Position numbers and translations under genes: made by a program. DNA of 61,440 bases, counting the filler, from Aduncisulcus paluster (taxonomy: Eukaryota), in assembly GCA_024181965.1 (NCBI GenBank). It is 5 parts of 5 records of this genome, joined end to end, with 100 filler letters (N's around TTAATTAATTAA, not from the genome) between each part and the next. Parts side by side here need not be neighbours in the genome. Positions count along the whole stretch, not along the records: positions 16,417 to 38,283 come from BQXS01013847.1; positions 38,384 to 56,220 come from BQXS01013848.1; 3 more parts are not named here. One strand, 5' to 3'. The stretch's first letter is position 1. Each line of letters starts with the position of its first letter. The notes beneath the pieces were generated by a model. It was not told the origin of the DNA and did not search any database. It saw only the letters and a program-made list of their open reading frames with translations. This document shows positions 36,001-47,343 of this stretch, piece by piece.

Positions 36001-38283
36001 GAATGGATATTACCGGCGATTCTTCGATCACAGGCGATCTTGTTGCTACTGGCAATATCACCTCTGAGAATGGTATCATTACCTTCCATGGGGCTTCAAT
36101 AACGCACTCTGGCACCAACACTTATGTTACCCTTGACAAGGATCTCTATATCGAAGATACTCTTCTTGAAAACAATGATACTGATGGGTTCAAAATCCAC
36201 AATAATCTTGTGACAACAGGTGGACTCACAGTTAGCAGTCTTGGAATGGATAGTACCGATGTTGACATTTCAGGCGATCTTGTTGCTACTGGGAACATCA
36301 CTGCAGAAAGTGGAGTCCTGACCTTCAACGATGCCATCCTGTCCCATACCGACTCTGACACATATGTGAGTTTGAACAAGGACCTCTATATCGAAGATAC
36401 TCTTCTTGAGAACAATGATACTGATGGGTTCAAAATCCACAATAATCTTGTGACAACAGGTGGACTCACAGTTAGCAGTCTTGGAATGGATATTACCGGC
36501 GATTCTTCGATCACAGGCGATCTTGTTGCTACTGGCAATATCACCTCTGAGAATGGTATCATTACCTTCCATGGGGCTTCAATAACGCACTCTGGCACCA
36601 ACACTTATGTTACCCTTGACAAGGATCTCTATATCGAAGATACTCTTCTTGAAAACAATGATACTGATGGTTTCAAGATCTATAATAATCTTGTGACAAC
36701 TGGTAGTCTAACCGTTAATAGCCTTGGAATGGATGTTACCGGCGATTCTTCGATTACCGGCGATCTCGACGTAACTGGTTCAATCGGTATCAACACTGTG
36801 ACGCTCTCTGATGAGTCTGGTGTATTGACAAGCGATAAGGATCTGACCATCCAAGGAACCGAACTTACGTTGAGTTCGATCCTTATTTCTGATAACGGTG
36901 GTTCTCTTGACATTAACACAAGTGTTAATATTGATGGTGATTTTGTTGCTACCGGTGATATCACATCTGAGAATGGTATTATTACCTTCCATGGAGCCTC
37001 ATTATTGCACTCTGGCACCAACACTTATGTTACCCTTGACAAGGATCTCTATATCGAAGATACTCTTCTTGAAAACAATGATACTGATGGTTTCAAGATC
37101 CATAATGATCTTGTGACAACAGGTGGGCTTACAGTCAGCAGTCTTGGAATGGATGTTACCGGCGATTCTTCGATTACCGGCGATCTCGACGTAACTGGTT
37201 CAATCGGTATCAACACTGTGACGCTCTCTGATGAGTCTGGTGTATTGACAAGCGATAAGGATCTGACCATCCAAGGATCAACTCTTACTCTTGATTCTCT
37301 TATTCTGTCTGATGTTGCTGGAACTCTTGATATTAGTACCGATGTTGACATTTCAGGCGATCTTGTTGCTACTGGGAACATCACTGCAGAAAGTGGAGTC
37401 CTGACCTTCAACGATGCCATCCTGTCCCATACCGACTCTGACACATATGTGAGTTTGAACAAGGACCTCTATATTGAAACTACTCTTCTTGAGAACACCT
37501 CAACAGCCTTCAAGATCCACAACAAACTTGTAACGACCGATAAGATTACCGTTGAGACGAATGGTGTTGATGTGACTGGAGATTCAACATTTACTGGGGA
37601 TCTCTATCTCTCAGATACTCTTTGGCTCAGCGAACAAGTTTCCCTGAATTGGTCGACGAGTGTTCTTGCTATAAGCCAAGCTACAACAATTACCAATGGT
37701 GCTTTGACGATTTCCTCGGGAAGTCTGTTGCTTGGATCTGCCCCCACTCAATTAGAAGTATACAACCTCGGAGGAGACTTACATTCTGATGTTGATCTAT
37801 ATCTTGACACTGGTCTTCTTTATCTCACATCCTCCTCCTCGATTGAATACAACGCAGTTAGTGATCGCCTCGAAGTCAATAAGGATATCTATATGAATGG
37901 CATTGAAATTTCAAATCAATCCTCAAACTTCTCCATTGCTGCATCAACTGACGTGCATGGGAATTTGAATGTTGTAGATTCTGGTTCTATTGTTCTCAAT
38001 GGAACTATTTTGGGAGGCGGTGAGGATGCCAATGATCTCGGGACAAACTTATTGACTGTTAATGGGAATCTCAAGGTTACAGATGATATTAAAGTTGTTG
38101 GCGGGGTTATTACTCTTGCTGGTGCCACAATTTCCCATGATTCTTCCGACTCCTTTTTTTATATGGATAACGATCTCCACATTAAAACTGCTGAGCTGTC
38201 TGCCACTGGATCAGGTGGACTTGGATTGAATGGCACATTCACTGCCATTGATATTGTATCCACTGATTCCCTCACTGTGGAGG
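30010..38283 (+). CDS. Giant type II membrane-anchored beta-repeat (fibre/adhesin-like) protein, 3' truncated, with two frameshifts at repeat junctions
   Basis: ORFs 30010-34161, 34400-35683 and 35637-38283 form one repeat array. Acidic N-terminus, KKKRRKRRK, one TM (ISMIFCNIILFACVIYLLIF), a short coiled coil, then G/D/T/V/I-rich repeats. Confidence 0.85.
33550..37480 (+). repeat. Coding tandem array of 243-bp (81 aa) and ~420-bp (140 aa) modules
   Basis: ITGDLVATGNITSENGIITFHGASITHSGTNTYVTLDKDLYIEDTLLENNDTDGFKIHNNLVTTGGLTVSSLGMD repeated near-identically at the DNA level. Confidence 0.95.
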
Positions 38284-38383
38284 NNNNNNNNNNNNNNNNN
38301 NNNNNNNNNNNNNNNNNNNNNNNNNNNTTAATTAATTAANNNNNNNNNNNNNNNNNNNNNNNNNNNNNNNNNNNNNNNNNNNN
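38284..38383. other. Artificial contig linker
   Basis: N/TTAATTAATTAA/N. Confidence 0.98.
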
Positions 38384-38970
38384 CATTCACACATTGTAAT
38401 TAAAAATGCCGATAATTTATATATTTATGTTTCTTCTCCCTTTGATTCTTTTCCACATTATTATTATTACTACTACTATTATTACTGCCATGATCATCAT
38501 ACATGACTTTATTTCATTTCTTTCTCGCTATTTCGGACCATGTCTGTCCATATCTCTCGCTGGTCTCAAGATGCACTGACAAGAAGAATAACCCCCCCGA
38601 GCATTGTCTTGACTTGTCTCTGTCTCCCATGACCATTAACAAGAATATCACACCACTTGTCCCAATCATAGCATTGCCATTACAAGAGTCACTCTGGAAA
38701 GGGGTGGAGCTGGGGCCATGTCAAAGAGCTGAGGGGTTGTGATGTTGTGATGTTGTGCTATTGTGCTGTTGTGATGTTCACACTTCTATCATCATCTTCC
38801 TTATATAGATACAAAATCAAGGTAAACAAATAAAATGTCGAATAATCTAATCTAATCTAATCGAAAGTTCAAACGTTCCAATGTGTCAGCTTCAAACAAT
38901 AACGATCAGAAGAACGAGGAGATGAAAACCAAGAGAGATAGAAAAGTTGGGAGCATCTGGATTCATAAAA

Positions 38971-39055
38971 TGCAAGAAGTGGGATTCGAACCCACGCGTG
39001 CTTCATACACAATGGGACTTGAATCCACCGCCTTAGACCACTCGGCCATTCTTGC
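38971..39055 (-). tRNA. tRNA-Leu(CAA), 85 nt with long variable arm
   Basis: Acceptor stem GCAAGAA/TTCTTGC, D arm GCCGAGTGGTCTAAGGC, anticodon loop TT-CAA-GT, T arm GTGGG-TTCGAAT-CCCAC. Confidence 0.9.
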
Positions 39056-39439
39056 TGAGAAACAAAGAAAAAGATTTAACTATCAAAAAAAAAAGAGGCC
39101 GGAGATTTTCGGCTGAAAACGGTAACAAATTGATTTTTTCGTGTTTCATGTATAGATCCGTGGCACACGTGAATCAAGGAATATCATTTCATAAACAACA
39201 ACAGATAGATAGTGATGCCAAAGTTGGACATGAGAAATAAGAAATAATATCCTTGGATTGGCAAGAGGGATGGAATTATGGATGGAGATTGAAAAAAGAC
39301 GGTAAGAGAACATATATATGATATATAATCAATAAAAAGAGTATCGTCAGATAGTATGACGAATATAATGACAAGAGCTGGGCAATATAATATCTAGTAT
39401 TCCCATGAAGTGCAATCAAAAGTCGGAATTCGTTTTTGA

Positions 39440-39476
39440 CATCTCTGAAACATCTCTGAAACATCTCTGAAACATC
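39440..39476. repeat. 11-bp tandem repeat (ACATCTCTGAA) x3
   Basis: Read directly from the sequence between the tRNA genes. Confidence 0.8.
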
Positions 39477-39594
39477 GATACATAATAAGCATGAAACAAT
39501 CGATGCTGGAGAGTGGCACTGTATCATGCAATTTGGAAGATAATGCTGTCAAAATGTAAACAAATAATCTCAACTGTTTGACAGGTCTATAAAT

Positions 39595-39667
39595 TGGCCC
39601 CAGCGTGGCTTGAACACGCGACCTCAGCATCTTCAGTGCTGCGCTCTCCCAGCTGAGCTATGTGGCC
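39595..39667 (-). tRNA. tRNA-Phe(GAA)
   Basis: GGCCACA...TGGGGCC-A, D arm GCTCAGCTGGGAGAGC, anticodon arm CAGCA-CTGAAGA-TGCTG, T loop TTCAAGC. Confidence 0.93.
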
Positions 39668-39729
39668 ATATTTTGAATTTTTGGATACCCCTATACAATT
39701 CACATCTTGGATTTTCTTATTTTAAAATT

Positions 39730-39800
39730 CGTTCCCGCCGGGATTTGAACCCGGATCATCGGATTAGAAATCCGGCATGCTGCCATTACACCACGGGAAC
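39730..39800 (-). tRNA. tRNA-Arg(TCT)
   Basis: GTTCCCG/CGGGAAC-G, anticodon arm CCGGA-TTTCTAA-TCCGA, T arm CCGGG-TTCAAAT-CCCGG. Confidence 0.88.
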
Positions 39801-40020
39801 ACATTTTAAATTTTGAATTAACTATATTATTAATATGAAAAGGTTAAACCTTTTCAAATAGAGTTGATAATCCTTTAATTCAATCACAAATATTCTAGTA
39901 ATATTGTTTATTCCATTCATTTGATAAATATCGTATTCTTCATTCCTATAACTAAAATGGAAAATGTGTGATGGAATAAATTAATTGATGTTGCTATCTT
40001 TCTTCAATGATATTCCTCTT

Positions 40021-43000
40021 TCATTTTCTAAAATCTCTTCCTTGACTACTTCCACCATATCCTCTTCCTCTTCCTCTTCCTCTTCCACGTCCTCTTCCTC
40101 GACGTAACTCAGTTGTAACAATTTGATAGAATCCACCTTCCTTACTCCTAACCCACCCTTCTTTCGATCCCTTGAGTAATCTTGTCTGAAAGACGTGGGA
40201 TTTAGGATACCAAGGATTCTGATATGACACACACATTGTTGAGTTCTTTTCAATATCATCGTATCCAGGACAAACGCTCTTAACAACACAATCAATCGGC
40301 ACAGCGGCATCAACTTGCCGAGGAGTACTCAAGATACCAGCTATCCCAGCTATTTCCTTACTTTCCTTCCCCTTTATGTTGAAAGGTAACACAGGACGTT
40401 CTGAAGGGTCATATGGGTGTACACCAGTGTGAATACTTGATTTATCTTTTGTATCACTTGTCTTTTTTTCCTTTTCCTGTTGATCGATTTTTTTCTTTGT
40501 TCTTTTATCCATAATACGCATATTCTTACCCAATTGAGGGAAACTTTTTTCATTGAAAAAGAGAAGAGGAGTTCTTTGAATATTGAGTTTCTTTTCAACA
40601 TCACTCAAGTCCTTTTCTCTTTCGCTGCTCTCCTTGAGAAGCATATCGGCAGAGATAAATGGAAGAAGTGCAATACTCTTCCACTCCCAATAATTCCCGT
40701 CCCTATCCAATGTGAAATGTGATGGGTAAAAGTCGGCCAAGGGAGAGAGAGGAAGCATAGATGAATCATGAGACTTCTTCTTACTCCGAACAGAATCTTG
40801 CAAGTGATCATCGGAGGAAATCTGAGCATCACTTCTCATAAGGATTGCATAGCCAGGGGGGAGACAACTCCTTGATGCAGGTGGCATGACACTTAAAAGC
40901 TGCTGGAAAGGTAAGAATGGAGGATCTCTCTTATCAACCTCTTTCTCAGCTTCAGAGCTGAGTTGCATCATTCCTTTGTATAGATCAGCAGCTAATGGAG
41001 CATAATGATACCTATAATACCATCCCCAATTAGAACAACCTGAGAAATAGTACTTGAGCACCCAGTAAAGACCTTCAATGTATGATAAAACGATATCTTT
41101 CACGGCTGCTTCAAAGTCTGCATTTCCAATTTCTTCGATTGTGCCAATATTGAACTTCTTGCAGTAATATCTCTCCCTGTAACCCTTTTCGTATAATCTC
41201 GCATCAATATCGACGTAATTAACAGAGAGACGAATGTCGTCCATATTCTTGGAAGAGTATCTGTGGAGGAAAGAGAGAGCAGCATTTGCAAGAACCTTAT
41301 GATCGTGGGTATAAATTGATGCAGAGAGATGAGAGAGGGAACTTGGCAGCGAGGACAAGAAGTCAGAAGAGATTGAAGATAGGGACATCACATGCATATC
41401 CTTAGCAGAGCGAATGACAACATGTGAGGAGATTTCTTTGCCATCGTGAGCAATGGTTCTCCTCTTTCCGAGAGTCGTGGGGGCCTTGCGAATTCCTTCT
41501 TCGGCAAGAATAGCCTCATCCTCAGCCTCATCACATTCCTTCGCAATCTGGACAGACAAACTCTCCTCTGCCTTCCTTCTCTTTCCGCTTGTTTTCTTTG
41601 GCTTATTCGATATCACAATAGCCCTACCAACATCGACATCCATCGTTTCATCATCGATATCATCCATTTGAATACCTCCTTCCCTTGCCGCTGATATTCC
41701 TCCATGTTTCCTCCCAAGACGCATTCTTTCCTTCACATATTTGTCCCCTTCATCTTTTTCCCATTTGGTATCCATTTTCTTCATGACAACATCATACATA
41801 TCATCACAGAGCGCAGCACCTCCACACAGAACCTCAACCTCACACTGAAGAGCAATATCAGGCGTGAGCTCAGATCGGTGGTGGTTTCTAATATATATAT
41901 ATGCTGCAGCAAGAGCTCTGCTTCGTTTAACTCCATATTGAAGCATTTTGGAGAAAACTTCATCGACCTCTCGAACAATACGAGTTCTCTTTCTCGAATC
42001 TTGCATTTCTTTTTCGGAGTGCTTTGATTTAAACTCCTCAGCCTCCTCTTGGGCAAGAAACTTCACAAGGAAAGCAACCTGACGCCAATTAATCTTTCCA
42101 TTGACAACCAAATAATCACCAATCCCAGATCTGTGTTGCTTATATAATTGCATCAACTTCAAGACACCACCTTGCTTAATATCGATGGATTGAAGATGCG
42201 GAAGGAAATCATTTCCACACAAGAAACACATAAACACATAGTCATCGATCACCCTCTCAAAGGTTATCTTTCCCGTTAATCTTCGATCAGCCGCAATGCA
42301 TCCGAACTCTTGGACAAGATGAGCCCTAAGGTGATATAAATGAAGGAATTGGAAGGCCTGTCGAAAAGCAAGAGGAGTTTTCCCACTATGATGACATGGA
42401 GTAATCTGTGAGAACATTGTACAATCCGAATCTTCATGTCCGATAGTCCCACATCGTCTACATACAACTTCGGCATCATTCATAAACACGACTTCACGCA
42501 AGAGAGTAAAGTTCACTTCATGTGTAGCCAATCCAAGCATGACAAGATCAGCATCAAGACCATACATGATATGGTGGAGAGATGGATGGTGATGACCGGT
42601 GTCACGTTGGCGACGAATGTAGTCCATTATCTTGTGCTCACCCTCTCCAGGCACAAAGGCGTCACTAAGGATAACCTTGACTTTTTTCCATAGAGGATCT
42701 GTGGATACTTTCAAGGCAATATAATATCTCAGAGCTGCACCAAGCCGCCACATGAAAGGTGTCCCGGGGGTAATCACGTTACTGTCCCCAACACTAATAG
42801 AGGGAGTCACATCACTCAATGGAGAATGGAGGAAAAGATCAGATTGGAATGGAGAATACGAATCATAAAGGGTTTTGTGAAGATCTGTTGGGGGCTGGAT
42901 GGGAAAGGGGAAGGGTGGGAGAGTGGATTCAGACTTGGCTTGTCTGGCAAGAATCGTAGCCAGGTCTTCAGTCGTATCTTTCATTTCTTCAGAGGTAGAA

Positions 43001-43572
43001 GAACCAGAATCCGATGATTCCGATTCAGATTCTTCATGTGAATGTTTCATTTTAGACAATCTCTTGCTCTCATCACGACGAATTTGTTTTTCACTCTCAG
43101 TTCTCTCAATTTCAGCATTGAGAAATTCCGCAGCCTTTGAAAGATACGCATAATCAATGCTTTGTCCATCTAATACTCTTTCAACAATACAAAGAGAGTG
43201 AGCAAGCATACTTTGTTGGCGTTGATAAGCTGCCCTAAAACGACGTGACCGTTGTTGATTCATCTTTGCACGTGGTGCTACTCCATCTAATGCAAGATAA
43301 ATTAACCTTCTGGGTCGCGTAATCCCAACTATACGATCAAGATACCGAAATACTTCTTCAAACACACCAGCTTCGCTTTTCGGCGCTTCACCATTTTGAG
43401 GATGAAAACATGGATGAATTAACCCATTCATATCAAGATATAAATTATCAAACTCATGTTCATTAGGATTTTTTGCTGTAAGATCTTCTGGAGTAGGTAA
43501 CTCTTCTTTGACATGTTTTAAGGTATGAGGATACCTTGTCATAAGGAACTTAAAGAAAGATGGGACTCCCAT
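40021..43572 (-). CDS. XRN2: 5'-3' exoribonuclease 2 (Rat1/Xrn2)
   Basis: MGVPSFFKFL, FDNLYLDMNGLIHPC, DGVAPRAKMNQQRSRRF, PGEGEHKIMDYIR, YGLDADL, GNDFLPHL, CCHC knuckle CRRCGTIGHEDSDC and a C-terminal RG repeat. Confidence 0.95.
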   Translation of the reverse strand: MGVPSFFKFLMTRYPHTLKHVKEELPTPEDLTAKNPNEHEFDNLYLDMNGLIHPCFHPQNGEAPKSEAGVFEEVFRYLDRIVGITRPRRLIYLALDGVAPRAKMNQQRSRRFRAAYQRQQSMLAHSLCIVERVLDGQSIDYAYLSKAAEFLNAEIERTESEKQIRRDESKRLSKMKHSHEESESESSDSGSSTSEEMKDTTEDLATILARQAKSESTLPPFPFPIQPPTDLHKTLYDSYSPFQSDLFLHSPLSDVTPSISVGDSNVITPGTPFMWRLGAALRYYIALKVSTDPLWKKVKVILSDAFVPGEGEHKIMDYIRRQRDTGHHHPSLHHIMYGLDADLVMLGLATHEVNFTLLREVVFMNDAEVVCRRCGTIGHEDSDCTMFSQITPCHHSGKTPLAFRQAFQFLHLYHLRAHLVQEFGCIAADRRLTGKITFERVIDDYVFMCFLCGNDFLPHLQSIDIKQGGVLKLMQLYKQHRSGIGDYLVVNGKINWRQVAFLVKFLAQEEAEEFKSKHSEKEMQDSRKRTRIVREVDEVFSKMLQYGVKRSRALAAAYIYIRNHHRSELTPDIALQCEVEVLCGGAALCDDMYDVVMKKMDTKWEKDEGDKYVKERMRLGRKHGGISAAREGGIQMDDIDDETMDVDVGRAIVISNKPKKTSGKRRKAEESLSVQIAKECDEAEDEAILAEEGIRKAPTTLGKRRTIAHDGKEISSHVVIRSAKDMHVMSLSSISSDFLSSLPSSLSHLSASIYTHDHKVLANAALSFLHRYSSKNMDDIRLSVNYVDIDARLYEKGYRERYYCKKFNIGTIEEIGNADFEAAVKDIVLSYIEGLYWVLKYYFSGCSNWGWYYRYHYAPLAADLYKGMMQLSSEAEKEVDKRDPPFLPFQQLLSVMPPASRSCLPPGYAILMRSDAQISSDDHLQDSVRSKKKSHDSSMLPLSPLADFYPSHFTLDRDGNYWEWKSIALLPFISADMLLKESSEREKDLSDVEKKLNIQRTPLLFFNEKSFPQLGKNMRIMDKRTKKKIDQQEKEKKTSDTKDKSSIHTGVHPYDPSERPVLPFNIKGKESKEIAGIAGILSTPRQVDAAVPIDCVVKSVCPGYDDIEKNSTMCVSYQNPWYPKSHVFQTRLLKGSKEGWVRSKEGGFYQIVTTELRRGRGRGRGRGRGRGYGGSSQGRDFRK

Positions 43573-43758
43573 TTTCTCCGATCCGCAGAAAAAGAAAATA
43601 CAATGAATTTCAAAATAGAATTTGATAAGATACTAAAAAACAAGTATCAATTTATATTTTATCGCTTTTTTGAAGTAAAAATTTAATATTTCTTTGTTAT
43701 TTTCTTTCGTTTGACGATAATCACTTATGTTGAACGCTTTGGTGATATAAACTTGACA

Positions 43759-44223
43759 ATGTCGGCCAAACGAAAGCATATACTTCAAGAACATCAAGGT
43801 CCATATCCAGAATTACTTGATAATCAAGAAATTGTTGTCATCCTTGAAAATCGAGGCTCCTGTTTATTTTCTGTGTATGATGTCGAAGGAAATACTTTTC
43901 TCGCAAGATTACCTTCTAGATTTGTCGATTTAATATATATCTCAATCAATTCTTTTGTTATTATTGAGCGTTATTCTTCTGTGATTGACGTTGGGTCTAG
44001 CAAGGTATTAGCGGATATAATCCATATTCTTTCACAACAACAAGTTAAAGAAATGAGAAAGGATGGCGTCTTCCCCAAGAAATGGGAGGATGTGTTGAAA
44101 CAGCAAGATCAAGATGAAAGAAAAGGTCTTACTGTGGATGAGGTTCTTGAAGGAGAGCCAGAAAATCCAAATAGGACAGATACCAAATTCGAAGAAGAGT
44201 CTGAGAGCGACGATTATTTCTGA
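43759..44223 (+). CDS. EIF1AD: eIF1A-domain (S1-like) RNA-binding protein
   Basis: MSAKRKHI...ENRGSCLFSV...LARLPSRF...SKVLADIIHILSQQQVKEMRKDGVFP...NPNR with an acidic tail. Confidence 0.85.
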   Translation: MSAKRKHILQEHQGPYPELLDNQEIVVILENRGSCLFSVYDVEGNTFLARLPSRFVDLIYISINSFVIIERYSSVIDVGSSKVLADIIHILSQQQVKEMRKDGVFPKKWEDVLKQQDQDERKGLTVDEVLEGEPENPNRTDTKFEEESESDDYF

Positions 44224-44780
44224 TTTGTTTTATTTTTGTCCCTTGGAGTGAATACCGAGTTGGTGTTGTTTCTTTTCTGAATGAAGTTCTATGATGCCTC
44301 TTTTCGCTCAATTATGATTACTTAACTTTTTCCATGTCCTTCAGCATTATTATTTCTGGTATTCTTTGTGCTTCCTATTTCTTGACGGATTTATAAGGTT
44401 ATTCTCTTTTTCTGAGAAGCAATGAATCATAAATTTCAGCCATTCTTTGTGATTTGGGCTTTGTGAGCTCTTTAAAGACTGCCCACAGATCAAACTCACT
44501 CTATGTTTGAATTTATTTGACTTCAAGTCAATGAAGTTCATTGATTCAAAATAATGCTATATTGTCTATAATAGACTCTATTATAATCAATTTGAACGAC
44601 TCCGAGTCATGTCAGGAGTCCTGATAATTGAAATTTCGAGAATCGCCGAATTCCACATCTCTTTCTGTATAGTAGTACTATTAGTTACTGTCAGTATAGT
44701 ACAGTAGCTCATAATAAAATACATTTAGATTGTTTTTTCTGCGATTGTTTATTGAAAAATGAAATGATCCAACTCAACTA

Positions 44781-46829
44781 TTAAAGGATGAGAGGGTGGA
44801 ACACGGATCTCTTGGCTAATCTTTGCATATGGGCAATGACAGATTCAACAGTGAAACCAAATTTCTCAGCCAACTTGGAAGCAGGAGCAGAAGCACCAAA
44901 TCCACCCATTCCATGGTGTTCGTGACTCAAGACTCCCTCCCAGCCAAAAGCAAGAGATGCTTCAATTGACAAGACACCACATCCATCGGGGAACACTTCA
45001 CGTTTGTATTCTTCATCTTGTTCTCTGAAAATATCCACACATGGAGCACTGACCACACGGACACCTTTACCAAACACCTTTTCGTACTCTACAGCCGAGT
45101 TAATGGCCAACTCGACCTCAGATCCAGTTGCAACAAGAATAAGTTTCATATCTGGCTTCTCTGCTTCCCTGGTAACATAGGCACCACGAGACAGAGTGAG
45201 GTAGGCATCACTTCCAGGGAGAGAAGGGAGATTCTGACGACTGAGGGCAACAACATATGGGGCATCCTTGCTCTCCTTGTCAATGAAACACTTTCCATAA
45301 GCACCAACACACTCAACACCATCACATGGCCTGAATGTATACACGTTTGGCATAGCTCTGAGTTGAGCCAAGGTCTCAACAGGCTGGTGGGTGGGACCAT
45401 CCTCCCCAAGGAAGATACTGTCGTGAGTCATGACATGGAGGGATCTAAGGTGAGAAAGAGCAGCGACTCTGACAGATCCAATAGCATATCCAATGAACAC
45501 CAAGAATGTTGCATCAAATGGAACAAAACCACCAAATGCGGAAATTCCATTGGTCATGGCAACCATTCCATGTTCCCTAACACCAAAATGCATCTCCCTA
45601 CCCTCAGGGTGTTCGGTTGTGAAAGGAGAATCAACAGAGAGATTAGTACAATTACTACCAGTCAAATCAGCACTTCCACCCATAATCTCAACAAATTCCT
45701 TTGCAAATTCATTCAAAACAATACCTCCAAGCTTCCTTGTGGCCATAGGCTTATCCTTATCAGCAAACAGCCTAATAGCCATTTTCTCTACGAAAGCCTT
45801 CAAGTTAGCACCATCAAGAGTCTGAGGACCAGTTGAAAATCTCCTAACAAGCTCCTCAGCAATGGGTTTATCACATCCAGCAAGATATTCTTCCCACTGA
45901 GCACGCCATTCGACATGCTTAAGGGCGAGTTGTTCAGCATGAGTTTTATAGTCAGCATACACTTCTGGGGGAACGTGATATTTAGCCTTTGGCGGAAGAC
46001 CAAACTTAGCTTTCACAGCACAGATATCATCTTCACCAAGGGGAGAACCATGACAGTGATGGGAACCTTCCTTGGCTGATCCAAAACCAATAACAGTCTC
46101 GCAACGAATAAGAGTTGGACGATTATCAGCCTTGGCCTTCTTTATAATCTCTTCAAACACTTCCATCTCAGCAGTATCAGCCTTGGGGATAGAAAGAATT
46201 TGCCACCCATAAGCCTCAAAACGTTTACATACATCCTCTCTGAAAGCTATATCAGTGCTTCCATCAATTTGAATTTTGTTGTCATCCCAGAAAACAACCA
46301 AATTCCCAAGTTCAAGGGTTCCAGCGAGAGAACATGTTTCGGAAGAAATACCTTCTTGAAGACATCCATCACCAGATATGCAGTAAACAAAAGTATCAGA
46401 AAACAAATCAGGCAATCCTTCTTTCTTATATCTTGCAGAAAGATGCTTTTGAGCAGCAGCCATCCCAACAGCATTGGAAATTCCCTGTCCCAAAGGACCT
46501 GTAGTCACTTCAACTCCATCAGTTTCACCACGTTCAGGATGACCTGGGGTCTTTGACCCAATTTGACGGAAATTCTTCAAATCTTGAAGAGTGAGACCAA
46601 ATCCAGCCAGATGAAGCATAGTGTACATTAAAGCTGATGCATGACCATTAGAAAGAACAAATCTATCACGAGCGATCCATTTTGGATCTTTAGGATCGTA
46701 TCTCATAGCATAACGGAATAGATAGTGAGCAATAGGAGCGAGACCCATAGGAGCACCAGGATGACCAGATTTGGCACCTTGAACAACATCGGCTGCCAGA
46801 CAACGAATAACATTCACGGGATCGACCAT
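44781..46829 (-). CDS. TKT: Transketolase
   Basis: SGHPGAPMG, RDRFVLSNGHAS, TPGHPE, TTGPLGQG, GDGCLQEG, FGVREHGM, THDSIFLGEDGPTHQP. Confidence 0.98.
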   Translation of the reverse strand: MVDPVNVIRCLAADVVQGAKSGHPGAPMGLAPIAHYLFRYAMRYDPKDPKWIARDRFVLSNGHASALMYTMLHLAGFGLTLQDLKNFRQIGSKTPGHPERGETDGVEVTTGPLGQGISNAVGMAAAQKHLSARYKKEGLPDLFSDTFVYCISGDGCLQEGISSETCSLAGTLELGNLVVFWDDNKIQIDGSTDIAFREDVCKRFEAYGWQILSIPKADTAEMEVFEEIIKKAKADNRPTLIRCETVIGFGSAKEGSHHCHGSPLGEDDICAVKAKFGLPPKAKYHVPPEVYADYKTHAEQLALKHVEWRAQWEEYLAGCDKPIAEELVRRFSTGPQTLDGANLKAFVEKMAIRLFADKDKPMATRKLGGIVLNEFAKEFVEIMGGSADLTGSNCTNLSVDSPFTTEHPEGREMHFGVREHGMVAMTNGISAFGGFVPFDATFLVFIGYAIGSVRVAALSHLRSLHVMTHDSIFLGEDGPTHQPVETLAQLRAMPNVYTFRPCDGVECVGAYGKCFIDKESKDAPYVVALSRQNLPSLPGSDAYLTLSRGAYVTREAEKPDMKLILVATGSEVELAINSAVEYEKVFGKGVRVVSAPCVDIFREQDEEYKREVFPDGCGVLSIEASLAFGWEGVLSHEHHGMGGFGASAPASKLAEKFGFTVESVIAHMQRLAKRSVFHPLIL

Positions 46830-47343
46830 TTTCTTGAACTTGATGTAAACAAATTAGCAGTTTTTCAAGTTGATTTGACCAAACTCGTTGGAAAATCAGA
46901 AAAATGTTGACGAAAGAATATCCTCAGGACTCAATTTTATGGGAATTTATATTTACCCATTGTCAACTTATTGAACGCCTTTTTCCCTGTTATAATGTTG
47001 ACAACGTGTTTCGCCGTTTGCCGCCGACATTTTCCCGTTTTGTTCGGTTGGATTTACTAATCAACGTTCTGGAAAGAAGTTCAATAGTTGAAATGCCATA
47101 TTCATTACCAANNNNNNNNNNNNNNNNNNNNAAACTCGTTGGAAAATCAGAAAAATGTTGACGAAAGAATATCCTCAGGACTCAATTTTATGGGAATTTA
47201 TATTTACCCATTGTCAACTTATTGAACGCCTTTTTCCCTGTTATAATGTTGACAACGTGTTTCGCCGTTTGCCGCCGACATTTTCCCGTTTTGTTCGGTT
47301 GGATTTACTAATCAACGTTCTGGAAAGAAGTTCAATAGTTGAA

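Noticed and set aside
38384..38960. Short ORFs and GTGATGTT-type micro-repeats at the contig start
   Set aside because: Low-complexity sequence with no supportable gene or RNA structure.
38971..39055. Possible selenocysteine tRNA (TCA in the loop, long variable arm)
   Set aside because: It has a canonical 7/5 acceptor/T stem, and the 7-nt loop centres on CAA with G37, so it is tRNA-Leu.
39730..39800. Possible amber (CTA) tRNA implying TAR-to-Gln recoding as in hexamitid diplomonads
   Set aside because: The stem register places TCT at 34-36, and conserved genes here end at TAA (TKT, CTF18, RPA12) without internal TAR codons.
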